Source: Spirogloea muscicola
Lineage: Eukaryota
Assembly: GCA_009602725.1 (NCBI GenBank)
Contig: WELB01000032.1
Location: forward strand, 228,762-254,262
Direction: 5' to 3'
DNA length: 25,501 bases
Every line of letters begins with the position of its first letter. Positions within the stretch are counted from its first letter, which is position 1. This document shows, piece after piece, positions 11,750 to 20,979 of the stretch. Below the pieces are notes generated by a model, which worked only from the letters and a program-made list of their open reading frames with translations, was not told the origin of the DNA and made no database searches. The position numbers were made by a program, and so were the translations under genes.

Positions 11750-12864
11750 CTCACTTTTCCCTGTTCCCTTGTCCTTGTACTGGCCCTTCGAGCGGGTGGA
11801 GGATGGCGTAGACGACGTCGGCGGCTTCGGCGGCTGTGGGCAGTCCCGTATACGATGCCCCTTCGAGCCACAACGGTAGCATGCACGATCTTCCTCAGGG
11901 ACGAACTTCGGCTTCCCCTTGGGCACTACCTGCAACCGAGGTGGCGGCCGAGGTCTACCACCGTAGCCGTTGCTAGGCTTGAGACGTTCCACATCGAAGG
12001 CCCCGGCGCGTCACGATCCTCACGTCCGAGCAGGCGCTTCCTCGTCGGGTACATTGGAAAAAATGTCGCGCTTGCTCGATGAAGTTGTCGAGGGAAGTTA
12101 CTGCTTCATGCGTCAGCTTGTCAAGCTAGGACAACACCGCCACATGTTGCGAGAGGCCAGCTTTGAACCTCTGGACCTGGTCCATGGGATTCATGTTACC
12201 ACAGTTGATCAAGATGATATAAGAACGCCGTACATAATCCTCAAAGTCGTCGTCGACCATTTGGATGGCTTCGAGCTGATTACGAGCGTTGGGCTCCGCA
12301 TGTACTTTCACTATACAAAGTGGTCAATGTTCGGGTGAAAAGGTCCCAAGTGTTGTACACTCTGGGTGTTGAGGACGATTTCGTACTTTCCCATATGGCG
12401 GCTGGATCTCCGGTAAGGTAGGTGGGGGCGATCCCCACGCGGGATGTCGCCGGCGCCTCGCACAGCACAAATCATGCATTCATTTCCCGGATCCATGCTG
12501 CAAGGCTCCCCGTCCCATCGAATTTTGAGGGCTGGCACGGCTTGGCACGGCCCGACCGCGCACCATGGCTTACTTTGGCTCGGAGGCGACGAGTACACTG
12601 CTCATCCGCGCACATGCGGCTGATCAGGGCCTGTACCTCCTCGCTCAGCGCCTTCAATACAGGGGTTACTAGCGGATCCCCACCCTGGACCGCAGCCTCG
12701 ACTTGCTCTCTTAAGCGACCTAGTCGCCGCACCTCGGCCGTTGTAAGGCCGTCTGGTCCGGGTGTTTGGAGCTCCACCATCTCATTGGCCACCTCCTCGA
12801 CCTCGGCCGCTGGTACTGCCGGCGGAGGGGCGCTAGGTTGCGCACTTGAGTCCTCGGACTCCAT
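11750..12864 (-). pseudogene. gag: gag with CCHC zinc knuckle
   Basis: KPCQPSKFDGTGSLAAWI, YLTGDPAAIWES, DQVQRFKAGL, CYRCGSKGHRIRDC. Split by stops and frameshifts. Confidence 0.88.
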
Positions 12865-13414
12865 GCCTTCACACCGACACACTGAGGGCTAAGTCAGTGG
12901 AGGGCATAAGACACACCGAAGAGACAATACTACCACAATATACTAAGCAGGCTGGTGCCCCAGACAAGCAAAGCAATCATGGCAGCGCGCAAGTCATATC
13001 CCCAGAATGCAAAGCAGCACGCGCAGCTGAGGGAGGGGCCAGGACTGGAGTATGGACCAGCCTCTGGCAGATGGCCAGATTTCGCCGCCGCCCATCGGCG
13101 ATCGGTTTCACCTCCTTGTCAAAAAAGACAGGCAATCCGCCGACCGCGGGTGGTTACGCAGGCGAACAACTGACCTCGCAATTTCGATGGCTGCCGGGGT
13201 GGAGAAACTTTCGACATTGTCCGACCCCGGGCATGTGGATGCAGCGGGCGAGTGGACAACAGTATCAATCAGCCCGTCAATGCAGATCCACGAGTACAGT
13301 CTGGCAATGAGTCTCAACCACAAGAGACTAGTCAGTGCCAGAGTATCACAAGGAACCTTGCATGGTCAGTCCTATCATCACAACATATACGAGGCTAGCC
13401 AGATGCAAGGACAC

Positions 13415-13425
13415 CTCTGATACCA
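13415..13425 (-). promoter_or_regulatory. Primer-binding site (tRNA-iMet)
   Basis: TGGTATCAGAG lies 2 nt after the LTR end (...ACGTCACA, 13428). Confidence 0.93.
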
Positions 13426-13427
13426 AA

Positions 13428-13710
13428 TGTGACGTCCTGATCGCAGTACACGCATTGAGGGGTTAGTACGTCCTTATTGATTTCGGACCTAGGGGGTTTA
13501 GGAACTACCCCCCTACATAGTGGAGCGCCAACGCACGCGGTGCACTCGAGTGCATCACATAGTACAGCGGAAGTCTTACCCTGAGGCGCCGCCAGAAGGC
13601 GGCGACTCCACAGAGGGTAGGGGACTACTAGCTGAACCCAGATGGGGCGCAACCGTGGCAATTACGGAGAGCCGGCGATGTCCCCAGCGACAGGCTGCGG
13701 CGACGGGCTG
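13428..13710 (-). repeat. 3' part of the host 5' LTR (LTR-A-related)
   Basis: Ends GACGTCACA and is colinear with 10372-10632. It continues at 18980 beyond the nested element. Confidence 0.85.
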
Positions 13711-14263
13711 TGTAACGATCCAGCCGTTGGTTATGCCACACGGTGCTGTTAGCGTTACATGACCGCTAGCCGCTTGATGGACAAGGGGGCCCGCCCAGCT
13801 GCGGGCAACTCCCGCCCGTCCTGGACTAACCCTCGCCAGGTTCCACCCTGCCAAGGGAGGACCTTGGGCCCACCGCAAGGGCAGGCCTTGGGGCGACCCG
13901 CTCACACCTCTGGAGGGGGGGTGGCACGGGGGAAGCACTACGAGCCTTGAGCCGAGACCCGACATCAATTCGGACCGGCGAAGCCCAGGAGCAACCTTGC
14001 AGCTGCTCGCCGCCGCAGCCGCTGCCGCAGCCTGCTGCGGGGCTGGCTGCGGGGAGTCCGTGGCTGCGTCCGTTGGGGGCCAATTGCTGGCTCGCGCCCA
14101 GGAAGTGGGGTCGCCGCCGGACGGCGGCGCCACAGGGCCTGTCTTCCGCTTGCGCTATGCGCTAGTGCTTTGCCAGGTAGTGAGTTGGTCCCTAAACCCC
14201 CTACAGCCGAACTTCACAAGGACGACTCACCCTAACTGCGTGTGTAGGGGCGAGTTCACTACA
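13711..14263 (+). repeat. LTR-B (5' LTR, 553 bp)
   Basis: TGTAACGATCC...TTCACTACA followed by the PBS. Confidence 0.95.
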
Positions 14264-14885
14264 TTTGGTATCAGAGGGGGTCTTGCATCCATCAGGCTTG
14301 TCATTTTTCGGTGCTTGCTGCTGATGATGCAAGGATCTTCCTGATGTGCTGGCTTGACCTATTCTGTTGAGGATGAAGTGTCCTGCCAGACGACGGTCCG
14401 GGAGGCGGCGACTCAGCTTGTAACGTCCCCGTCGTTACGGGACGCTTAACTTCGAGTTAAGCTTAAGCGCTAACCACTGACGCGCTCGCGACTGACGCGT
14501 GCGACGCGCGTGCGACAGCGCGAGAGCGCCGAGCGAGGTGTCGCGCGGTGCAGCGCACCCGCACGTCACATCGTCAGCAGGCGCGTCACACCGCGCGACA
14601 CATCGCGCGGCGCTCTTGCACTGTCGCACGCGCGTCGCACGCGTCAGTCGCGAGCGCGTCAGTGGTTAGCGCTTAATTCGAAGTTTTACGTCCCGTAACG
14701 GCGGGGACGTTACAAGCTGAGTCGCCGCCTCCCGGACCGTTGTCTGGCAGGACACTTCATCCTCAACAGAATAGGTCAAGCCACCACATCAGGAAGATCC
14801 TTGCATCATCAGCAGCAAGCACCGAAAAATGACAAGCCTGATGAGGGATGCAAGACCCCCTCTGATACCAAAGGTAGTGAACTCG
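14251..14885. repeat. Long inverted repeat (arms 14251-14550 and 14589-14885, 38-nt spacer)
   Basis: The arms are reverse complements with few mismatches or indels. The PBS appears at 14266-14276 and inverted at ~14860-14870. Confidence 0.95.
14266..14276 (+). promoter_or_regulatory. Primer-binding site (tRNA-iMet)
   Basis: TGGTATCAGAG lies 2 nt after the LTR-B end. Confidence 0.93.
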
Positions 14886-15781
14886 TCCCGTATAACTTCG
14901 AGTTAAGCGCTAACCATTGACGCGCTCGCGACTGACGCGTGCAACGCGCGTGCGAGAGCGCAAGAGCGCCGCGCGAGGTGTCGCGCGGTGTGACGCGCCT
15001 GCTGACGATGTGACGTGCGGACGCGCCGCCTCCAGCCGAGGCGGCGAATCCTGCCTGGTCTTCCAGAGCGGAGCTTCTTGGCATATTCCTGATTCTGCCG
15101 TCGTGCCCGCAATGACGTGAATGGGACACGTATGGCGCGCCTGTGACGCCGCGCCACACCCGTGACTCACTGGCGGCGCCGCAAGCCGGCGCCGCAGGGC
15201 GCCGCCGCTCGGCGGCGCCGCAGGCTGGCCGCCATTGNTCGACGGCGCCGCAGGACGGCCGCCGCCTCCAAAAGGGAGCCGCGTGGCCTGCCCTCGCACT
15301 AGATTCCCCTTGTCGGGCCCGCCTTCCCGAAGGTGGGCTCTGAGACGAACCTCCCAAAGACCCCTGGGGAGGGTGGCACATGAAGCACTACAAGTAGGGC
15401 TGAGAGCCGACTGGGAGACAACTCGGTCAACCTCAGTGAAGCCCGCGAGATAGAGGCGCAGCCCTGCTGCCGCCTGCTGCCGCAGCCCGCCGACGCAGCC
15501 CTGCTGCTGCCCGCTGCTGCAGCCCGTCACCGCATCTCGTCGTCGCGGACCTTCGTCGGCTCTCTGTGAGTAAGACTTTGACTGCTCCTTTGGGGACAGT
15601 CGCTGGCCTGTACCTGAGAGGTGAGTCGCTGCCTGTCGGCAGCGCCTCAGGGCGAGACTTCCGCTGCGTATCACACGTGGTGCTTTCACTGTGCTGGGGG
15701 TTTGTCTATAAACTTCAGCGACCGAAATCAAAAAGGACGTACTGACCCCCGACTGTGCTGTGAAGGGTCAGGGCCGTCACA
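14419..15781 (+). mobile_element. Solo LTR-A in the 5' UTR, lengthened by an internal inverted duplication
   Basis: TGTAACGT at 14419, ...CCGTCACA at 15781, TSD CAGCT at 14414-14418 and 15782-15786. Confidence 0.92.
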
Positions 15782-16127
15782 CAGCTGGAGCGCCAGGAGC
15801 TGCGTCCTGAGCCAGCCGCGACCAGCGGCTGACTCATTTGACTGATCCTAAAAAACCACTTGCTGCGTTCGCTTCATTTGAGGTGTTGCTTGAGCCTGCA
15901 GCCTTTGTGTGGTAAGGGTTAATCGCGTGGCCAGCATCGATTGAGTGCATCGGTCCTGGTCATATCTGCGGCTGTCTGCCTGGCAGCTTTTGGAGGTGTA
16001 AGTTGCGCGCTGCCTTGCTTGCTCGCTCGCTGCTGCAGCAGTCCTGCGATGCCCTGTATTGCAGTAGGGAATGTGTGATCTACTAAATTTGGAGCCTGAA
16101 CTGATAACTCAGTGTTCCTCAGAAAGC

Positions 16128-18223
16128 ATGGAGTCGCACACCTCCAGTGCGCTGCCTAGCCCTCCTCGGGAGGTGGAGCAGTCGACTGCTGAGGCAGCGG
16201 CTGCTGCAGAGCCAGCTGCTGAGGTAGTGGCTGCTGCGAGGGCAAGCCCCTGAGGGGAACGCCGAGCTCGGAGCCGCGGGCCAAGAGGGCTTGTCGGCTT
16301 GGGAGGTGCAAAGCATGGCACTCCTCACTGAGCAGCTGGAGGCAGCTAAGGCTGGCCGGGACCCGTTACTTCGTGCCTACCTCGAGGGGTCGCATGAGGA
16401 ACAGCGTGCCCACCTCGTCCGGCTGCGGGCCGGAGAGCGGCATGTGCAAGGGGTCGATGCTGCGGTGCACTTGATGCGCTAGAGCAATGGCAACCCGTCG
16501 CATGGACTTGCGAGGGCCCACTAATCTCGGCAACACTCCTTGGAGGCAGCTGCTGTGCTGGACTCGTCCTTCCACGCCCTACTGGGGGCGTTGTGTGTGG
16601 AGGTGCAATCCTTGCTCGGCCGGCTTCGTGCCGGCGAGAGGCGTTTGCAAGGGGGTCGGGGCTGAGGTGCATTTGATGCGCCAAAGCCGGTTGGGGAATC
16701 CTGCGCATGGACTTGCCAGGGCCGCCCAACGTCCGCCATACTCCGGTCAATCTGACCAGAGTGGGAGGAGATGCAATGAGTTGCATTCCTCACGGAGCAC
16801 TTGGAGACAGCCAAAGCTGTGTTGGATCCGACTTCCCACGCCCTATGGCGGGCGCTGTGTGAGGAAGTGCATTGCTTGCTCGGCCGGCACGCTGCTGGCG
16901 GGAGGCATTTGCAAGGGGTCGATGCTGAGGTGCTTCTGATGCGTCAGAACCGTGGCAACCCTGCGCATGGACTTGCGAGGGCCCACTAACCTCAGCAATA
17001 CTCTGGTCAGGATGACCGAGGTGGCCTCCAGGTCTGGCTCAGCGAGATCAAAGAGTGGTTCGTGCTGAGCTACACGGATGCGACGGCAAGACTGCGGCTC
17101 GCTGCCACTTATCTCGAGGGAGATCCCTTTGGTGGGACTCCATGAAGAAGACTTCCATGCCAGAGGTGGGCAATACCTGGAAGTGCTTCTCGAGCTCGCT
17201 CACCAAGGTGTGTGGTGAGATTCATGGTGAGCTGAAGGCTCGTACTGAGCTGGATTCTATTCGTATGCGCAGAGACTTTGAGGACCATGTGCGGCAATTG
17301 AGGCTGCTGGTCTCCAAGCTGCGCAACGAGCCTATGAAGGCTGTCGATCAGTGCCAGTGATTTGAGGCTGGGCTGTCCGAGCCGATGCGGATGTGGGGCG
17401 GTGGTGTAACGATCCAGCCGTTTGGTTATGCCACACGGTGCTGTTAGCGTGACATGACCGATGGCCGCTTGATGGACAAGTGGGCCCGCCCAGGTGCGGG
17501 CAAATCCCGCCCGTCCTGGACTAGCCCTCGCCAGGTTCCACCCTGCCAAGGGGGGACCTTGGGCCCGCCGCAAGGGCAGGCCTTGGGGCGACCCGCTCAC
17601 ACCCCTGGAGGGCAGGTGGCACGGGGAAAAGCACTACGAGCCTTGAGCCGAGACCCGACATGACTTCGGACCGGCGAAGCCCAGGAGCAGCCTTGCCGCT
17701 GCTCGCCGCAGCAGCCGCCGCCGCAGCCTGCTGCGGGGCTGGCTGCGGGGAGTCCGTGCCTGGCGTGCTCCACCAGCTGAGGCAAGTTGGCAAGGGCTGA
17801 GAAGTGGCGGAATCCACCTGTAGTGAACTCGCCCCTACACACGCAGTTAGGGTGAGTCGTCCTTGTTAAGTTCGGCTGTAGGGGGTTAAGGGACCAACCC
17901 ACTACACGGCAAAGCACTAGCGCATAGCGCAGCGGAAGACAGGCCCTGTGGCGCCGCCGTCCGGCGGCGACCCCACCTCCTGGGCGCGAGCCAGCAACTG
18001 GCCCCCAACGGGCGCAGTGAAGGTGCTGAACACTTATCCAAGTGTATTGGGCAAGCGCTCCCTTCTTGAGGCGGGAGTATCTGCTGAGGCAGAGAGGGGA
18101 CCGGAGGAGTTTCGGCCCGAGGGGCTGAACATCCGTCCCATGAGAGGCTTGGAGAAGCCAGCTATGGAGGGGAATGGTTGCTTTCGCTGCCGCGATAAGA
18201 ACCACCTCATCCAAGACCCATGA
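16128..18223 (+). pseudogene. gag: gag (triplicated N-terminal segment, solo-LTR insertion, truncated zinc knuckle)
   Basis: MESHTSSALPSPPREVE..., WWDSMKKTSMPEVGNTWKCF, DFEDHVRQL, CFRCRDKNHLIQDP* (last Cys missing). Confidence 0.8.
17405..18017 (+). mobile_element. Solo LTR-B in gag; its 3' part is inverted (17819-18017 on minus)
   Basis: TGTAACGATCC at 17405. The LTR end ...TTCACTACA is on the minus strand at 17819. TSD GGTGG at 17400-17404 and, inverted, at 17814-17818. Confidence 0.92.
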
Positions 18224-18428
18224 GTCTGGTGAAGTGGCTCGGGTATGGGCCTGAGCACATCACGTGGAGCCTGCGGCCAATCTGGCACATTGTCCGCCTG
18301 CTCTTTTGGAACACTTGGCCAAGGATGATGAATCTCTAGGCTTGGTAGAGGCCGCATCCGTCGGGCGTAAAACCTGTCGGCTGTTCTCTGGTTGTTCCCG
18401 AGGACGTGAACATCAGAGTGGGGAGGTA
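18213..18428 (+). pseudogene. Chromodomain tail and polypurine tract
   Basis: LVKWLGYGPEH..W..AANL, homologous to 20361-20445. PPT AGAGTGGGGAGGTA at 18415-18428. Confidence 0.85.
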
Positions 18429-18979
18429 TGTAACGATCCAGCCATTTGGTTATGCCACACGGTGCTGTTAGCGTTACATGACCGCTAACCGCTTGATGGA
18501 CAAGTGGGCCGCCCAGGTGCGGGCAACACCCGCCAGTCCTGGACTAACCCTCGCCAGGTTCCACCCTGCCAAGGGAAGACCTTGGGCCCGCCGCAAGGGC
18601 AGGCCTAGGGGCGACCCGCTCACACCTCTGGAGGGGGGGTGGCACGGGGGAAGCACTGCGAGCCTTGAGCGGAGACCCGACATGAGTTCGGACCGGCGAA
18701 GCCCAGGAGCAGCCTTGCCGCTGCTCGCCGCCGCAGCCGCCGCCGCAGCCTGCTGCGGGGCTCGCTGCGGGAAGTCCGTGGCTGCGCCCGTTGGGGCCAG
18801 TTGCTGGCTCGCGCCCAGGAGGTGGGGTCGCCGCCGTGCGGCGGCGCCACAGGGCCTGTCTTCCGCTGCGCTATGCGCTAGTGCTTTGCCATGTAGTCGG
18901 TTGGTCCCTAAACCCCCCTACAGCCGAACTTAACAAGGACGACTCACCCTACTGCGTGTGTAGGGGCGAGTTTACTACA
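18429..18979 (+). repeat. LTR-B (3' LTR, 551 bp)
   Basis: TGTAACGATCC...TTTACTACA, roughly 90-95% identical to 13711-14263 by eye. Confidence 0.95.
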
Positions 18980-19170
18980 GGCTGGGCAGCAGACGGCAGT
19001 AGCAGAGCTGGGGCGGCGGCTGCGGTAGCAGGCAAGCAGGGCTATGTATGCCTCTCTCTGGGCGTCACTGGTCCGACTCCAGAGTCTGGCCTCGGCCTAC
19101 TACTTATAGCGTTCCACCTGCCACCCCTCCCGGGAGGGTGTGACGAGGGTAGCCCCAAGGTCCAGTCCCC
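18980..19170 (-). repeat. Continuation of the host 5' LTR, truncated
   Basis: Colinear with 10630-10765, including a TATA-like CTATAAGTAG on the minus strand near 19100-19109. Confidence 0.75.
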
Positions 19171-19179
19171 GGAGGGGCG

Positions 19180-19427
19180 GACCCGCACATCGAGCAGCCT
19201 TGCCGGTGCTCGCCACCGCAGCCGCACTCTGCTGCAGGGCCTGCTGCGCCGGCCTGCGCCCAGGAGGTGGAGTCGCCGCCGGACGGCGGCGCCACAGGGG
19301 CTGTCTTCCGCTGTGCCGGTGCGCTAGTGCTTTGCCTGTGTAGTGGGTTGGTCCCTAAACCCCATACAGCCGAAATCAAGAAGGAATGCTCACTCTGACT
19401 GCTTGTGTAGGGCGAGGTTTCTCTACA
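19180..19427 (+). repeat. 3' half of a diverged LTR-B
   Basis: Matches ~13990-14263, ends ...CTCTACA and directly abuts integrase sequence with no PBS. Confidence 0.8.
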
Positions 19428-20450
19428 GAATTGGTCTTATGTAAGTGTGGAATCTATAAGACAATTGCCTAAGACGCGGAACGGCTTTGATGCCATTGTC
19501 CGTCTTTGTGAATCGTTTGAGTAAGGTGGTGCATTTGGCTCCAACGACTACGCGGGCATCAGCGAAGGATTTCGCTGGCATCTTTGTGGATTAGGTGTGG
19601 AAGCTGCATGGAGTCCCTGAGAGGCTGGTCTCGGACCGCGATCCTCGTTTTACGGGTCACTTCTGGAAGGTAGTTTGCAAGCTCATTGGCACGAAGCAGG
19701 CCATGTCCACGGCCTTTCATCCACAAACTGATAGCCAAATTGAGAGAATGAATCGGTTTTTGAGGACGTGCTGAGGCACTGTGTCAATCCAGCCAGACTG
19801 ACTGGGATGAGTATCTGGCTCCACCTGAGCATGCTGTGAATTATGACTATCATAAGTCCACCGAGGAGACACCCTTCTTCCTCATCTGTGGTCAGCATCC
19901 CCGAGCTGCCACTTCAGGTGGGGAGGCCGGAACGAGTTCCCGCCGTTGTAGCCTTTACTGGGACCCTCCTGGAGGCCCAGAGACGAGCTCGGCATCTTTT
20001 AGAAACTGCCCAGAGTCGACAGAAGGCTTATGCTGACAGCCGTTGGAAGGTTGTGTCCTTCGACGTGGGTGCGCAAGTGCTGCTGATCACGCAGCACTTG
20101 TCCTTGCGGGCTGTGGGTACCCCGCAAGTTGCAGCCCAAATGGGTCGTACCACTTTCAGTGGTACGCCTTGTGGCAAGGTGTCCTACAAGCTGCATACAC
20201 CGGTGCAGTGGAAAGTCCATAATGTCTCCTATGTGTCCCAGCTGAGGGCCTTCCATTCGGATGGCCGTGTCCAACCGCCCCACCTCCCCTGTTGATTAAG
20301 GATAACCTTGAACCTTTGAGGTAGAAGAGATTTTGTCTCACAAGGACAAGTTCCAAGGGCGCAAGACCCGTGAGTATCTGGTGAAGTGGCTCGGGTGGAC
20401 CTGTGGACCTGAGCACAAGACGTGGGAGCCTGCGGCCAATCTGGAAGCGA
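19428..20450 (+). pseudogene. pol: Integrase core plus chromodomain fragment (same family as 1-700)
   Basis: NWSYVSV..QLPKTRNG, NRLSKVVH, VSDRDPRFTGHFW, STAFHPQTD, QSRQKAYAD, EYLVKWLGWTCGPEHKTWEPAANL. Confidence 0.9.
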
Positions 20451-20451
20451 C

Positions 20452-20710
20452 GCCAGCAGCTGTCCCCCAAGGGGCGCAGCCACGGACTCCCCGCAGCATG
20501 TACCGATCCAGCCGTTTGGCCAAGCGATACGGTGCTGTTAGCGTTACTTGACCGCTTGCCGTTTGACGGCAAGTGGCCCGCCAGGTGGCGGGCTGGCTGG
20601 CCGGACTAGCGGCCCGCCCAGGTGCGGGCCCCGCCCGTCCTAAAATACTTCTCGCTAAGACCACCCGTCCAAGGGAGAATCTTTGGCCCGCCGCAGAGCA
20701 GGCCATGGGT
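20452..20710. repeat. LTR-B scraps: 47-bp minus-strand internal piece (20452-20498), then a plus-strand 5' part (20499-20710)
   Basis: 20452-20498 is the reverse complement of ~14045-14091. TGTACCGATCCAGCC starts at 20499 and shares an internal insertion with the 2404-2777 variant. Confidence 0.8.
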
Positions 20711-20979
20711 TCAGCCAAGAGTTTCCACCTTAAGCTGAGAGCGGCGCAACCTGGAGTCGTGACGCGCGTGACAGCGTCATATTGGTGCTGGAACGGCAAC
20801 GGGAGGCAGCAGCTGTGTAGACTACCTTGACGGCGTCGTCAGCGGTCGTACGTGAACGATAGACGGCTGACGGTAGCCCGAGGATAGTAGATGTCATTTG
20901 CTATTGACGAAAGAAGTGGCTCTCCCAACGCGGACGGGGCGTTGACAGGGCACCGCAGCCCAATAGGTCTATTGAATGA

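Larger units (their letters stand above)
13711..18979 (+). mobile_element. Non-autonomous gag-only LTR-B retrotransposon with both LTRs and TSD
   Basis: TSD GGCTG at 13706-13710 and 18980-18984. Contains LTR, PBS, UTR, gag, chromodomain tail, PPT and LTR, with no PR, RT, RH or INT. Confidence 0.92.
7979..19170 (-). mobile_element. Host Gypsy element (5' LTR-PBS-gag-PR-RT-RH-INT), 3'-truncated in integrase and carrying nested insertions
   Basis: The 5' LTR is split into 18980-~19170 and 13428-13710. PBS at 13415-13425, then gag and pol, ending at IVSDRDPR where LTR-A (7978) abuts. Confidence 0.85.

Noticed and set aside
14809..15731. 190-273 aa Ala/Arg/Gly-rich ORFs
   Set aside because: They lie within the GC-rich LTR-A, where stop codons are rare by composition.
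18179..18290. In-frame Gag-chromodomain fusion protein
   Set aside because: The gag frame stops at TGA 18221-18223, right at the junction, and the knuckle has lost its last Cys.
19428..20710. LTR-INT-LTR mini-element (19180-20710)
   Set aside because: There is no PBS after 19427, no PPT before 20499 and no TSD. The LTR pieces are better read as separate insertions or scraps.
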